From Lingula anatina (lineage: Eukaryota > Animalia > Brachiopoda), in assembly GCA_051362555.1 (NCBI GenBank), contig JBPQGU010000016.1, positions 1,550,001 through 1,614,000 on the forward strand: a stretch of 64,000 nucleotides of DNA. The letters run 5' to 3'. How positions within the stretch are numbered: the stretch's first letter is position 1; each line of letters starts with the position of its first letter. Shown one piece after another: positions 50,961 to 64,000 of this stretch. A program made the translations under genes and the position numbers. Below the pieces are notes generated by a model. That model saw only the letters and a list, made by a program, of their open reading frames with translations. It had not been told where the DNA came from and searched no databases.

Positions 50961-51628
50961 TAAATACATATAGCATTGAGAGTACATGCGGAGTTGTTGT
51001 TTCGTTACTATCTAGCCGTCAATAAATATACTTGAAAACACTGCATTTCTAAAACACTGCACGTCTAAAAAAAACTTATTTTGCCCAGGCCTGTCCGAGC
51101 ACAGTCTGACCACCGTTATATTTAGGTTGCCTCAGGTTTCGGCCTTACCAGAACAAGGTAAGGTTGAAAACTGAGGCAAATATTCAGACCACATAGGCTT
51201 ACTGCCAATACTTTATCATGGGCAACTTTCTACACCAATGTCCAGCTGGGTATTGACGTCAGTTCTCTGCAGAAATTCTCGCTAATTCAGTGACGCGGTC
51301 GTGGGCAAAAGCATCGAAATACTTTACGCAATGACTGTGAATATCTCTAAGCACTCACCGGATAGTTTTCTGTCAGAATGGAAAAGAGAACGATTCATTT
51401 TATGTAACCCTCTTATATACAGGTTCAGCTATGTTCACGTGGGCCAATCAGAGTGAGTTATACAGTGAACAGTTTTACCTGCAAGTTACCAATCAGAAAA
51501 GATCGTGCAAATACTATTTGGTAATACATGTCTTATATAGTTTATACCGAGAAATGGCACGAATAAATAGATATAGAGGTACATTAGTATTAAATAAATA
51601 ATAAACGTTTGCTTTATTTAAAAAAACA

Positions 51629-52357
51629 CAGGGCCGTAGCCTCCGGGGGGGGAGGGGGGGCAGCTGCCCCCCCCCTGGGATTTGAGGTCAAAAAAAAAAA
51701 AAAAAAACAATTGCAGAGGTAAAAAAAAAATTGCAAAGTTGGTATCAATTCTGTTAGAAAATGCACTCATGGCCACTAGACAATCATTCAACAATCTGTT
51801 TACAAAGGTGTACTGTTTTTAGCCAACTCAGTTCATGCCAGAAAGCTCACCCTCCCTTAGGGAGCTATCCCCCAAGCTGTTATCAGGTTATTGTTTATTT
51901 CCCTGCACTTCGTAGGATCTTTACAATCTTCCTTGCAACACCAGTGGGCAGTGTTGCATGCGAGAGATCATTTTCAGCCCTCCGTCGTCTGAAACTGTGG
52001 ACACGCACTTGTAGCATGGCAGAGGCACACCTTAGCGGATTGGCTCTCTTGCTTGTCCACAGAGGAAGAAACGTTATTCCTAATCCTGAGACAATCTACG
52101 AAATGAAGTCCAATGGGCGTGTTGTGTTGAAAAAATGACTGTACTTATGGCAAAATGAACCCACAATTTCTTACTTCTGATTGAGCAATAAATAACAGTT
52201 AAAATGCACCAGAATGCAGTATTATACATACAGTTTTTAAAAATTTTCCACACCGTGGGAGGGGGAAACCCCCTACCACACCCTCCCCCCTTGGGGGCTT
52301 CGCCCCCTCGTGTCCGCTTACTGCCCCCCCTCGGATTTTGCTCAGGCTACGGCCCTG
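51629..52357 (+). mobile_element. Internally deleted hAT transposon (729 bp) retaining the C-terminal dimerisation domain
   Basis: TIRs cagggccgtagcc / ggctacggccctg; 8-bp TSD aaaaaaca/aaacaaca; peptide TPVGSVACERSFSALRRLK...LSGLALLLVHR. Confidence 0.9.
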
Positions 52358-52941
52358 AAACAACAAAGGCTTTCATAGTTTTTCTTCATTTATTGTACTA
52401 TGAGTATTTTTCTTCTATAAATCACACAATTTTACATGTGTTAAGGCATCCTTTTGGCGTACTCCCCCCAAGTCCACAATATGTATGAGTCTGTTTTGCC
52501 CGATATTTTTAACAATATAAGGTAACACCCAAGCCATCTCTTCTTTTCCTCCTTTGCGATTTTTTTTTTATTTCACGTCCTATTCTACTGTTCTCTTATG
52601 CATTTTTTTAACCTTATACCTTAGGGAAAAATCGCTTTATGCGAAACGCGGAATCTGCGTTCTTAGCTTAATTTACACCGTATGGTACGGTACGGTTTAC
52701 ACTGGCAGAAATTGAAAATAACATCGAACTCGATGGGAATTTGCTGTTAAATAGTATGGACTGAGGATATAAGACAAATCAATGCTATTGTGGGTCTTTG
52801 ACGCTTAAAAACAACAAAAACTACTTGTAAGTGTAATGATCACGGAATTTTGAACACATATTAGACATTAAAGAAACAACACACATTTTGCTACAAGTAA
52901 TGTGAAAGGTGGATGGGGGGGGGGGGGGGTAAGGTCATGTC

Positions 52942-53020
52942 AAAGGTAGGTCTCGAACCCAATGGTGTTACAGATAGATTAACAAATATCGTACGGGGTT
53001 GCACGCTAACCACTTCACAG
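52942..53020 (-). mobile_element. Degenerate tRNA-derived SINE head
   Basis: Minus strand has A-box-like AAGTGGTTAGCG and B-box GGTTCGAGACC about 45 nt apart; no intact cloverleaf. Confidence 0.35.
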
Positions 53021-53173
53021 ACGAGCTGAAGATGCAACCTGTTTGTTTTTTTTGTCTTACACATATCTCACCGGAAAGAAATCCATATACAAGCGTATCA
53101 TTTAACAGTATTATTGCATAAGGATAAGACTCTCAAATGACCGGACTAACATTACTGTCATACCGGAACAGCA

Positions 53174-53888
53174 GTGCGCATGACATTGGTAGGACTATAC
53201 AGGGACGACGGCCTCTCCGTGATGAAATCATGCAGTGGAACCGCAGCTGACAGCATTAGAAAGGATCTAGTCAAGCTCTTCCAAAAGTATGGGCTTACTA
53301 TCACTGCATCTACCAACAATAGAGCAGTTCACTTCCTTGATGTAAATCTAGCGTTAGAATCCGGGACACACAAGTCGTTCGTCAAGCCGAACGCCCAGCC
53401 GATTTATGTTCACAAAACCTCGAATCTCCCCATGCAATCATAGGAAACACACCTAAGGTCACCGGTGAAAGATTGCAGTCTCCTTCATCTAGCCGGGTAA
53501 TAGCAGAAGAATCTGCAAACGTGTACAGAACGGCGCTTGAAACGGCGGGGTACACTGGAAGGTCGGCGAGCAATGTCTTTAAACCATGCGATTCTCGCTC
53601 CATTGAAAAGAAAAGTCGCTACAGAGGAGTGATATGGTATAACCCACCTTACTCAAAAATCGTTAGAACGGAAACTGGTCATATCTTCCTCCGGTTGCTA
53701 GACAACCATTTCCCCGGTGGAAGCAGAATCAAACGAATATTCAGCAGACCCACAGTAAAATATATTACAGTTGTATGAAGAGCATGCAGCAGATTATTCA
53801 GGGTCATAATAACAAAATACTCAAAGTTATGCCAGTAAGTACTCAATATAAAAAAATGCAATTGTCGATTTCCTAAACAAGTGTCCTA

Positions 53889-53931
<43 letters not shown>
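53174..53931 (+). mobile_element. Penelope-like retroelement RT/linker fragment (frameshifted)
   Basis: GLYRDDGL (RT catalytic motif), VHFLDV, KPN..PIYVH..SN, IWYNPPYS, FLRLLDNHFP and KKCNCR, followed by a long A tract. Confidence 0.85.
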
Positions 53932-53934
<3 letters not shown>

Positions 53935-53960
53935 TGAAGTATAAGCCTTTGCGGTGGGTA

Positions 53961-55905
53961 CAGTGCCGCCGGAATGTCCCCTTACCAAATGGCCGTATGG
54001 TTTCTCAACCCTGCCCCATATGGTCGAACAATAGAGGCCGTATGATAATTACAGGGTAGGGGAATCCCCAAGCAATCCTTATCGGACACCCAAATTAGTC
54101 GGTTCAACGAACACGGTCTGCCCCTTCTTAATTGCCTCACTTAAGGTTTCTATTATAGCTGATGCAAAGAGACTGCTATCGACACGAGCAAACAATACCG
54201 GGTTATGTATCAACTGCAACAGAAGACTCGAGTAAAGGCAAGTCGAATATTAGAACAAAACTCTGAAGAACAAATCAGGCTTAGTTTTAAAACACGTATA
54301 ACAATTTTATTTGATGATAGTAAGTCACGATCAACAAAAGCGTAGTTAAAATGGAAAATTATAAATAGCTAATACATCAAATAAATATCAATGTCTCATT
54401 ACCTTTATTACATGTGTTGCTAGTTTAGTAGCCTGATGCACGACCTTCTCTTCGTCGTATTTCTTTAACACATAGTAAATGGCTTGTCGCGACACTTTAT
54501 GGTCTTCATTTTCCATTTGTGCGGTTATGTTTTTAATTCGCACCCCTTGTTCTCGGAGGGCGATGATACGCAGACGCACGTAATCGCTAAGAGGCATCTT
54601 GGAATTGTGGAAAACCTGAGTGTCGATTTATACCGTTCACTTGGCAGGTGGCAGGTGACACGATGGCACAGAAATCAGTGACATAAACATGTCATATTAT
54701 ACAAAATATTTATTGGCCATTTAGGAAGACCAGATACACAAACAATCCTGTTGACACGTGTGAGTTGATTTAGAATTATGTGCAATTGATTAGTTTGGAT
54801 TGAAGAGCGTCATCGCAATGTTAACATTAATTTTAGACGACGCGTGTCACACAGTAGTGATTATGTAATAGTCAGGGCTTAATCACTGTGTTTACCCAGC
54901 ATGAATAAAGCTAACCTGAACTGATTGTTAATTAATGTGAAATGACACGTGCCAACCAGTGAAGTTAGCCCGAGAGATTGTAATCCAGCTTTATAAATTA
55001 ATTTCTTTCGATGCTTTTTGTCCTACAGAATCAAGGAATCAGTCTTTCGGCCGGCCACCCGTCGCCTAGTCAAATAAAGAAATATTCGAAATTCGACAAC
55101 GGGCCAGTTCCCCAGGCAACTTTTGCGTTCAGTTGATGGGAAGGTTGTTTACGATTGATGAACGAATACGAAAGGACAGAAATGTTACGGGTGTAGATGG
55201 GAGAGATCCTATATGCAAATATAGACAGAACTATATTAAAGATATGGCTAACAAAATATTTATCACTGAAACAACTGACAAGTCTTTTTGGAAAAAATGC
55301 ATTTCGTCTATGAACAAAGCTAATAGAAATATAAGGACATACTATAAAAATAAATTTCAATCTTGTTAATAATATATATATATATATAGCAAAGACAGTT
55401 TGAAGCCTAATAAATCAGTGTATTACATGTTCAAGTACGAGTAGTGTTTTATTAGAACTTTAATAAATTCATAAATTCATTTATTAAACTCATCAATTCA
55501 TAGCTACAATGTACACGAAAATTGCTGTCACCACCGAATCTTTTTGGTAAAGCAACTTTTAAAAATCACTGTTGGCAAGTTCTTATACTTAAAATCTCCG
55601 TATCAGAGTAGAGTGATCAAAGTAGAGTGAAGCCACCGCGCAGTAAAGGTCAATTAACGCTTGGACGAACACTTAATTGCGACCACGCTCACCTTCGATC
55701 TTTATCTCAGCGAGCTAGGGTTAGGCTCTTTTGTTAGCAGAAAGTTTGTCACGATAATTGCACGACGGGCAGGGTATGGAACTATTGCTAACAGAAACCA
55801 AACAGCGTATGGATGACAATGTTATTTCCATAGTTACCGAGCCAGGCCGTCCGTACAACCCGCAGCGACCCGGAGGGTAAGTAAGGGGACATTCCGGCGG
55901 CACTG
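53961..55905 (-). mobile_element. Tc1/mariner-type element (1945 bp) with an HTH-only transposase remnant (54388-54597)
   Basis: Perfect 25-bp TIR cagtgccgccggaatgtccccttac and TA TSD on both sides. MPLSDYVRLRIIALREQG...VSRQAIYYVLKKY resembles a Tc1 N-terminal HTH. Confidence 0.85.
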
Positions 55906-56729
55906 TAATACAATTTAAGATATAACAACCACACTAACTCATTTAGGGACAAAACGTATGTAGAAACTGAGTTATTTAAATATATTGGGAAAAAACAGCT
56001 ATGCAACTTTTTCCTGGACGAAAAACTGCTAATTATGATAACACCAGATAAAGAACTGAACTTTTTACCATGTGTCGTCACAAGGTGACGTAGTTGCCAC
56101 GGGGTGCGACGTAATCGTCGTCACGCCGAGTAAATAAACGGTTAATACATCACTATATAACCCAAGAGAATAACTACAAGGTTTTATGTCTATTTATAAT
56201 GCCTAATTGCAATGCCTTTAAATGTCAATGTCGCCTGAATGTTGTACAATGTGTTAGGTGTGCACCAGTCAGAATCATTGTCTTTGCACTCAGTCCGTTT
56301 TTTAACTTCATGCAGAATGCATTTCTCAATTAGTCATGATAATATAAAGGCATCTGAGATAACGTCCGATGTGTTAAATAAGCATTGGACATGTTTCGTT
56401 ATTTATACGGGATACCTGAATATGAAAAACATACATACTACATACCGGTACATGTGTCAGGTATATTTACAGTGTGTATTTTAATCCCCACTCCTCTGTA
56501 GCTGTCCTATGAACCTACTACTATAATCGTATTCTTGATAACGATAGACATGTAGGCCTATTACGTTGATATGTTTACCTGTACATAGGTATAACGAATA
56601 TCTAATATTCAACACACCTTATTCAGTCCTTTATATTACAGCTATCGCTGTATAAGGCAATAGCCGACAGTGAGTTGTCATAAAGAAAAAGAACATTTTT
56701 AAATAAAATAATTTTATAAAAGCAAAGCC

Positions 56730-59424
56730 TTTGTTAAGCCTCTTTTCTGGTCCTCAAATCAAATTCGGTCCCTTGGTTCTTAGCTCTTTACAAGAGGCTC
56801 TCTTCTGGTCCTACACCTGCAAATGTCCATCATTACGTGTACAAACGTGTTCCCCAAACGTGTCCTTAGCTGGCATTCTTTTGGGCCCCAAACTTTTTCT
56901 GTGGTATAGTCTTCATTTGCAAACCTGCCAGTATGATGTTCAGGGGAGGGGGGGGGAGGGTAATTGCAGTTTAAATTTGTAGTTTACCAACCCAATTAAC
57001 GCTCATTTGGTTGCTTCGCAAGATCAACAGGCTAATTGGGTGATATTTCACAGCATAAATTGAAGGAGATGAATTGCAGAGTAACCTTGTGTCCCAAGGA
57101 TACTGCTTATAATTATTTTTCATTTCATGCTTCCACCCCACCCGAGCACTTGTAATTGATACTCTGTTTCTTGATTAATGTGAGAGATCCGAAAGATGAA
57201 AAGAGCGCGCAGACTTGCTTTTGGCATCTCAGGCCACAAAAAATATGGCTTCACAGGGCAGTGAGTTGAACACGAGAAATATCCCTCTCTGTCAAAACTC
57301 GGAGCATACATGCTCACCCTGCTTCTTTTATGTCCTTATAACAATTTTGTATTCAAACATCTAAAAAAATGATATTTGAAAAAAAAAAATATTGTAGGGT
57401 TTTACAAGTATCACTACTTTGCACAATTGCTATTATATGGCGCAGAGTACAGGTTCTAAACAAGTATACTTGCAAACAGTAAAGATTGTTTGGTATTAAT
57501 AAAAATATAAATGTTTTAACATCATTAATCATAAATCACTCTGCCGATTAACTGGCTACCGGTTATTGCCAAGATGTGTTTAGTTTATAACACTCTCCTC
57601 TAGTTCGGGATATTTACAGAAATGTGTGAACATGTTATTAATTCGAGAAAGGGTATTTTATAGTGTTTGTGAATGTTAAAAAAGAAATTACCAAAAATAT
57701 ATAGATTTCCATATTGAAAAGACATGTTCCACTCTTCTCCCCCTCTCCTGATTTCCTGGCTCGAGGGGCTATATGTTTGTCCTAAGCTCTTGAATGAGCT
57801 TGACATAAACCAGATGTGCAGATAGTGAGATTTTATTGCCCGAGCCAGACTACCGACATGCCAATCTTTTAGGTTGAAATAAGTGTGGGCGGGGTGGGGG
57901 TGGGGGCTGGAGTTATGTATCTTCTTAACCGACCAAGCTAGATAATCACGAAACACGATAAAGTATATCAAAAGAAAAGCTTAACTTGAAATATTTTTTT
58001 CATTTCAGATCGTTATTTCAAAACATAATGGTTGCATAAGAGATAAAAGGCGCAAAATAGACTATACGGTTTGGTAAAAAGCCTTCGAACAATTAAATTA
58101 GATGTTCACGTTGAATAATTTTGTTTTGCCTTGGATTGGCTCTATGGCCCACCAGCAATATTAAAAAATCTTTATCTACGTGTATGTGATATATATGTAA
58201 ACATTCGCTGTTAATCAGTTCTGCATTCGGTTAGCTGTGTCATATTGTAGGACTTTGTCTGTTTACATTGAACCTACAGTTTTAATAGTCCGATACGTGC
58301 CATTGGCTGTCTCTCTTTTGGTCTCTAAATTATTTTCTTTGGTATATAGTTTTTATTCGGTAACATGCTGATATGGCGTTCAGCGGGGTGGGGTGTGGAT
58401 TATTAAAACCCTTTTTTTGTTGGTTTAAACGGCCATGTGAAATATCCGCGAGATCGACGGGTAAGGTGATACTTGTCGGCATGAACTGAAAAAAATAAAT
58501 TGATATTGCAGGGTATTCCCTAGTATACTGCTTATAATTCGCTATTCTCTTATGCTCCCCCTCCCACCCTGACCTCTTGTAATAAATACTCATTTCTTTA
58601 ATATGAAAGATATGAGAGCGTAAATTAACTTATCTCAGCTGTACTCCAGGGAATCATTCCTTAAGAAAGTGAACGTTTGAGTCACGTTACCGACGCTCAC
58701 GTTTTACATAACGTCTTTATTAGTGTTTCATATCACTTTTAATAACTGTTGGCTGCTTTCCCGGTTAGAGGTTTCATGTACAATAGCATAAACCAGAGAA
58801 AATAATGGAACATGCCATATATTTATGCCGATATTAAAGTAAATATGTGTGGCTCACATTTTCACTTTTTTTTAAAGTTTTTTAACATTGAACATAATAT
58901 TTTGGGTTAGAGTATCTATATCTAGCTGTAGCGGTGTTTTAAAGGTTCATAAAGTTAACAGGTTTGAGAAGCACCATCATGACAGTGAGTGAGGACACCC
59001 CCCCCCCCCCCCCCAACAGACACACAATCACCCACGAATTATAATATCCTGACGCAGAGCACGACATATAAAGATTATAGTAGTAGTACATGTATTAAGC
59101 ATCCTAAAGGAAGTCACGCAGCAAAACTATCGTGTTCTTTATAAAATGTGAGAATACATTATAGCCATACAATACAAATTTAAATAATTGAAATGCATTT
59201 CTTTCTAACATTTAGCTTACATACGTTTTTTGGTAGCCTCTGAAAGTTTTAAAACTGAAAAATTGGAGAACATAACAGAGTCAGCTAAGGACACGTTTGT
59301 GGAACACGTTTGAACACGTCATGATGGACATTTACAGGTGTAAGACCAGAACAGAACTTCTTGTAAACAGTTTAGAACCAAGGGACCGAATTTGATTTGA
59401 GGACCAGAAGAGAGGCTTTACAAA
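56730..59424. repeat. Pair of ~143-bp inverted repeats (56730-56872 and 59282-59424)
   Basis: tctggtcctcaaatcaaattcggtcccttggttct...aaacgtgtccttagctg matches its reverse complement about 2.4 kb downstream. Confidence 0.8.
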
Positions 59425-60027
59425 CGTTCTCATATTAACATCTTTGGTCAAAACGATTTATTTTCAATAATTATCATAAAGCTAGGGAAAGATAAGAATA
59501 AAATCTTATATCACTGTGGAGAGATAAGAATAAAATACTATAAAGTGCTTTTGAATACAATGAATTTTGGTCTTGATGACTAGAATTGACTTTGAGTCAT
59601 TTGAGAGTATATAACTTGTTAACAAGGCGAGCAACTCGCAAATCGGTTTTATCCAAATACAAGAAATCAGCAATGCTATCCCTCCTCATTTGAGTGCCTA
59701 TTAACGACACGCCGTTGCATACTTTCGATTTGGTTTTTCTGTGAAGGTTTAATCAGTTCGTTGAAAAACGTTGCTTAATTTGGAGTATGATAAAATATCG
59801 GCGTACGTGTGTGGGAGCATGTCATTATATACAGGGTATCCCGAAATGTACTCACTATTTGACCGCCCATTATTCATGCATTTTAGTTTTGATATAGCCG
59901 TCGTTCATATTCAAACACCAAACAGTCTGGATCGATCCAACTCTGTACGTGTTTCTCCTTAAAGTGCATTCAGTGTAATCAGCTTATTTGTCTGACACAC
60001 CTCCCTGAGTAGATAGTTAATGAGATA

Positions 60028-60420
60028 CCCAGCAGGCACAGTTGCGTTGGATCAACGTTGAAAACATGTTGATACGTTGAATTGCCGTTGATCTACCTAA
60101 ATTTAAAGTTAAATCAACGTTGATCCAGCCACGTCGAAACACCGTCATAATGTGACGTTGACACAACGTTGTATTTTGGTCAATGAAACAACCTTGCAGT
60201 TATGGATTGCAATTTAAAATATTAATTATTGAAAACGTTTATAAATACTGTAACTAAATCTATCAATATAATAACAAAAGGGTTTTAAAAGTCAAAATGA
60301 CAGTTGTTTTGTGTCTTTAGTTAACTAGTGGATTTTCTTAACTTGTTATTCAGGAATACATTCCAATAAACTAAAATACTTGCAACGTCAGCTTACATTA
60401 GGTTACATTAGGTGACTTTG

Positions 60421-60423
<3 letters not shown>
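60028..60423 (-). mobile_element. Partial second copy (opposite orientation) of the CACTA-like element at 29332-30132
   Basis: cccagcaggcacagttgcgttggatcaacgttg... is the reverse complement of ~29645-30132 and ends in (TA)n. Confidence 0.85.
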
Positions 60424-60490
<67 letters not shown>

Positions 60491-61139
60491 TAGCTTGAAA
60501 GTTAACAATCAGCTTACATGGTAACTGAACTCACTATAAAATGTACCAATCCCAGTATTTTAATAGGTTAAACATCAGAAATGGATTCTACAACCCCTAA
60601 AACATAGGAAAAGACATATGACGCACTATAGTACCTTTAATTGTTGTTGATGAAACTCAAGGTAGGTCGTTTTGGCTGCCATTTTGAAAATTGTAATTTT
60701 ACCGACCTAAATGATTGTTGTAGAAATAAATAATTGTCATATTTGTGTTCAGCATCGAATGTCGCTTCAGAAAGCAACTGTTATGAATTTTTTTGAGATT
60801 TACTCTACCCTAGTTATAGGGACTTGTTAAATGCTTACTGATACCGAAATAGGTCAAGTAGGTTGTAACCTGTGGGTAAAAGACGAAAAGAGAAAGCAGG
60901 CGTCAGCTTCAGGGATACACGTCTTTACGAACACTGTGAAGAGACACGTTTTTTGCACTTAAAGCACGACAAGGTTCACTTGACTCGCCTCACTCATTTG
61001 TAGTATAGCACGAAGGGTAAGTCATTTTCAGCGCATTATCTCCAGATTTCAATGCTTACGTCTCTGACATTTTTTTTCTTTTTAACCACAGCGAGGCCGG
61101 GCTTGATAACAGGATAATTTTTTGTATGAGCCTTCCATA

Positions 61140-61530
61140 CCAAATAGTTTGCAAGAAACTGTTTGCAGGTTGTTGCAAGAAAATCCACAGTTAATTGTTG
61201 CAAATTTGCAGGAAGATTAAAAACCTTCAAGTAGTTTGCACGAAAGCTACCAATTTCTGGCGAATTTACAGCCAATTTTCAAGAAAACCTTCTTTTTCAT
61301 TTACACATGTTTGCAGGAAGTTTGCAAGAAACTTCTCATCAATATAAAATTTTGCGAGAAGATTGCAAGAAGACTATACATCGTTGCAAATTTACATGAA
61401 GGTTTGCTGAAAGTTTGCAAGAAACTTTTATTTATGAACATAGTTAATTTACAAAGTTTTTTGTCACATTTGCAGCAAAATTTGTAAATTAATTTTCGCA
61501 TAAATGTTGGCTTGATATTTGCAAGAAAGT
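61140..61530. repeat. Array of dispersed tttgcaagaaa-like motifs (probable transposon subterminal region)
   Basis: More than ten ttgcaaga/ttgcagga variants within 400 bp. Confidence 0.5.
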
Positions 61531-63167
61531 CCATACCTTTTGCCACTTTACAGCTGGTATTACCATGTTTGCACTTACTTTTGATGTTTAGGAAGTCCCG
61601 TTATATATACAAAATATTTTTATTAAGTTAATATGAAATCTCTCTTGTGAGTTTGGGAAAGAATAATTTTCATTTTTGGTAAAATTGAATTAATTTGTAA
61701 AGAATTACAGTATACATACACTGTGACTATATATCGCATATTAACACCATAAAAGTACTTATGGCTCGGTGTGTAGTTTTGCTAAAAAGGACCCAGTCCA
61801 AGGAGGTGGGGTCCCCTTAACTTATTACACAGCATTTTGGTTTGCCACTTACATCATGAGTGCTGTTCTTCAAAATGATGTATCTCATTTAACTTTTTTT
61901 CATGAATCCCATAACCAGAATTACAAAACATTTTAACACGCGCCACTCTCTTCCTTTCTATTTCTACCTCATGCAATCTCTAGCGGCCTTCTCCCCGTTT
62001 ACATTATGAGCAGTTGTCTAAATATCATAAGAACATGTCAATCAACTAAAGTTACTCAACCAAACACTCCCAGCTCCTTATGTACTCATGTCTTTATTTA
62101 CTCATGTCTTTACATTATCTCCCGGGGACGATATGCCTGTCCCTTGGCATATTAAAACTAATGGCGCATGTAGTGACATTTACATCAATTAATTATTCAA
62201 TAAATGATTTCGAATATCTTATTGTCTATAGTTACTTATTATTATTTTTTATTTATTTTAATAGCCCCCGTGTTTTATTCATTTACTTATTCATGTTTGT
62301 AATTAATTAATATAGAATTACAAACAAACGTGCGTCCGGTTGTGACCGAGGCTTAAGGTTCGATTTTCATTATTACAGAGGAAACGTAAAGTGAATATCA
62401 TTAAAAAAAAAAAAAAAAAAAAAAACTTACAAGAGATTGAAAGCTGTGTTTTTGTCTCTTGGTGTTCATTAATTAGCGAAGTCTAGATTATAGGAAGCTC
62501 AACGTGTTTTTTTTCTGAAAGCACCCCTTGCAGAGTAAGGGCTACTTGAAGATCAGTAATGGATAGAGATGTAGGCGTCTCGCCTACATACTGTACCATG
62601 CAGTTTATCGTTATCTCTGCAATAAGGACATCATTTGGTGCCCTGAAAAGGTCATTTAATGATAAATGGATTGACGTTTCTCGAATGTCAGTAGAGTCTG
62701 TTAATCAGTTTTAAACGGGCGTGCTTTGTTTTTTTAAAAATGCCTCTTAATATATTTTTTCTTTTCCTTCACCCTTATGTTATTCGCTTTAAAGTCGCCT
62801 CGTTTAGTTTTTAATTGGATCCCTATAATTCCAACTTTAAGGAAATCCATTTCGACTAAATAAGACACTGTGCTTCAACGTTTTATCTGACGCGACCTTG
62901 TCAGGAATATTCTACTTCAAATAATTCACCTGTGGCCTGGGACAAATTCGCTCGCCATCCAGTCTCATTTTCTCGTTTTTCTTCAATTTTCTATTTTTTT
63001 ACTCTCTTTGTTTATGGGCAAAGTTAGCAACGAAGCCCTAAAATTATTTTGAGGACATTCCTTGTCAAACATTCAAAACAAGAACGAACATACATCTGTA
63101 AACTGGCCTTTTCAAAAATAAATTTTTATATAAAAGCAAACAAAATATAATATAACAGTTAATTTAA

Positions 63168-63395
63168 GGGTGCTTTCCCAGAGATTAAGATCGATCTAAA
63201 GATTAAGTTTTAGATCGACCTAACTCCCTGGGGGTTCAGGTTAAATTGCAGTCAGCCGAGCGGACACCATAGTTAATTACCCCCTATTAGAGCTTTTAGT
63301 AGGCGGGACAGACGCTTAAGCCGGCCAAGCTGACAGTAATCTAGTGAGACTCCCCACAGGGATAGATCGATCTAAAAATCTATGGAAATGGGGTG
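63168..63395 (-). mobile_element. MITE family C copy 3 (reverse, more diverged)
   Basis: Contains tagatcgacctaactccctgggggttca and aatctagtgagactccccac, the reverse complements of copy 1. Confidence 0.8.
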
Positions 63396-64000
63396 TTAGC
63401 CTATGAATCACACACACACACACACACCTCAGTATAAATATTGCAATCACAGTAGTGCAGATAAGGATAGAAAGATAGTTGTTCAACCTTACAGTAAAAA
63501 TACCAAGGAGTATATTTTTTAATGAGTGCTCATCAATTTAATTGTAATGTATGATTAATATTTTCTAATTTCCTTTTAACATGTTTTCTGTATACAGATA
63601 TAAAGTTATAAACAAATAGTTCTGTAGTATGTAACGTATCAACTATATATTTCCATCCCATGTTAGGATTTCTGTTCTCATTTTACATATGCTAATAGAT
63701 TTCTTAATTATTAAGATAGGTACCAGTATTTTTATATCGTATGATTGAATAAGTCCAAACATAAGAATATCCGTGATCTCTCAACCGTGACCACACCTTA
63801 ATTATCTTTTACGGAGCACCCCCCCCCAAAAAAAAAATAAATAAATAAATAAATAAAAAGTTTCCCTAGCAGTGTTGCAAAATTCGTTTTTGATAAAGTA
63901 AAACCCAAGATAAAACCACTGGGATTAAACGTAAAATACGAACAGAGTACCGGAGTTAATAAATTCCCACAATTCCATTGGTAATGCTGAGGTAACATGA

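Noticed and set aside
52942-53020. Functional tRNA gene
   Set aside because: A/B-box-like motifs are present, but no acceptor or anticodon stems can be formed.
56000-64000. Short ORFs in the last 8 kb
   Set aside because: Low-complexity or repeat-derived, with no motif and no phase-consistent exon chain found; non-coding TRPC 5' exons may lie here but cannot be located.

Overview
AT-rich, intron-containing eukaryotic DNA, most consistent with a marine invertebrate (the taxon cannot be fixed from this window). I assembled exons by hand using GT-AG boundaries and phase continuity. This gives: an ApoD-like lipocalin (+, 5 exons, 227 aa); microsomal epoxide hydrolase EPHX1 (-, 7 coding exons, 463 aa); an uncharacterised 224-aa protein (+, 3 coding exons) with a probable decayed paralog; a small secreted Cys-rich protein (+, 3-4 exons, only its first exon is in the ORF track); three tandem intronless LRR-transmembrane receptor genes (-) inside a ~7-kb triplication; and a divergent TRPC-like channel (-, 11 coding exons, ~1013 aa). 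The rest is DNA-transposon debris (PIF/Harbinger-like, hAT, Tc1/mariner, CACTA-like, Kolobok-like MITEs), a Penelope-like RT fragment, and mini/microsatellites. The best candidate for an undescribed system is the TIR-less LRR receptor triplet. Two copies carry a Tyr-motif (ITSM-like) tail and one has lost it, differences cluster on the predicted ligand-binding face, and the copies look like mosaics produced by gene conversion. All exon models are manual and lack transcript support, and no database searches were run.
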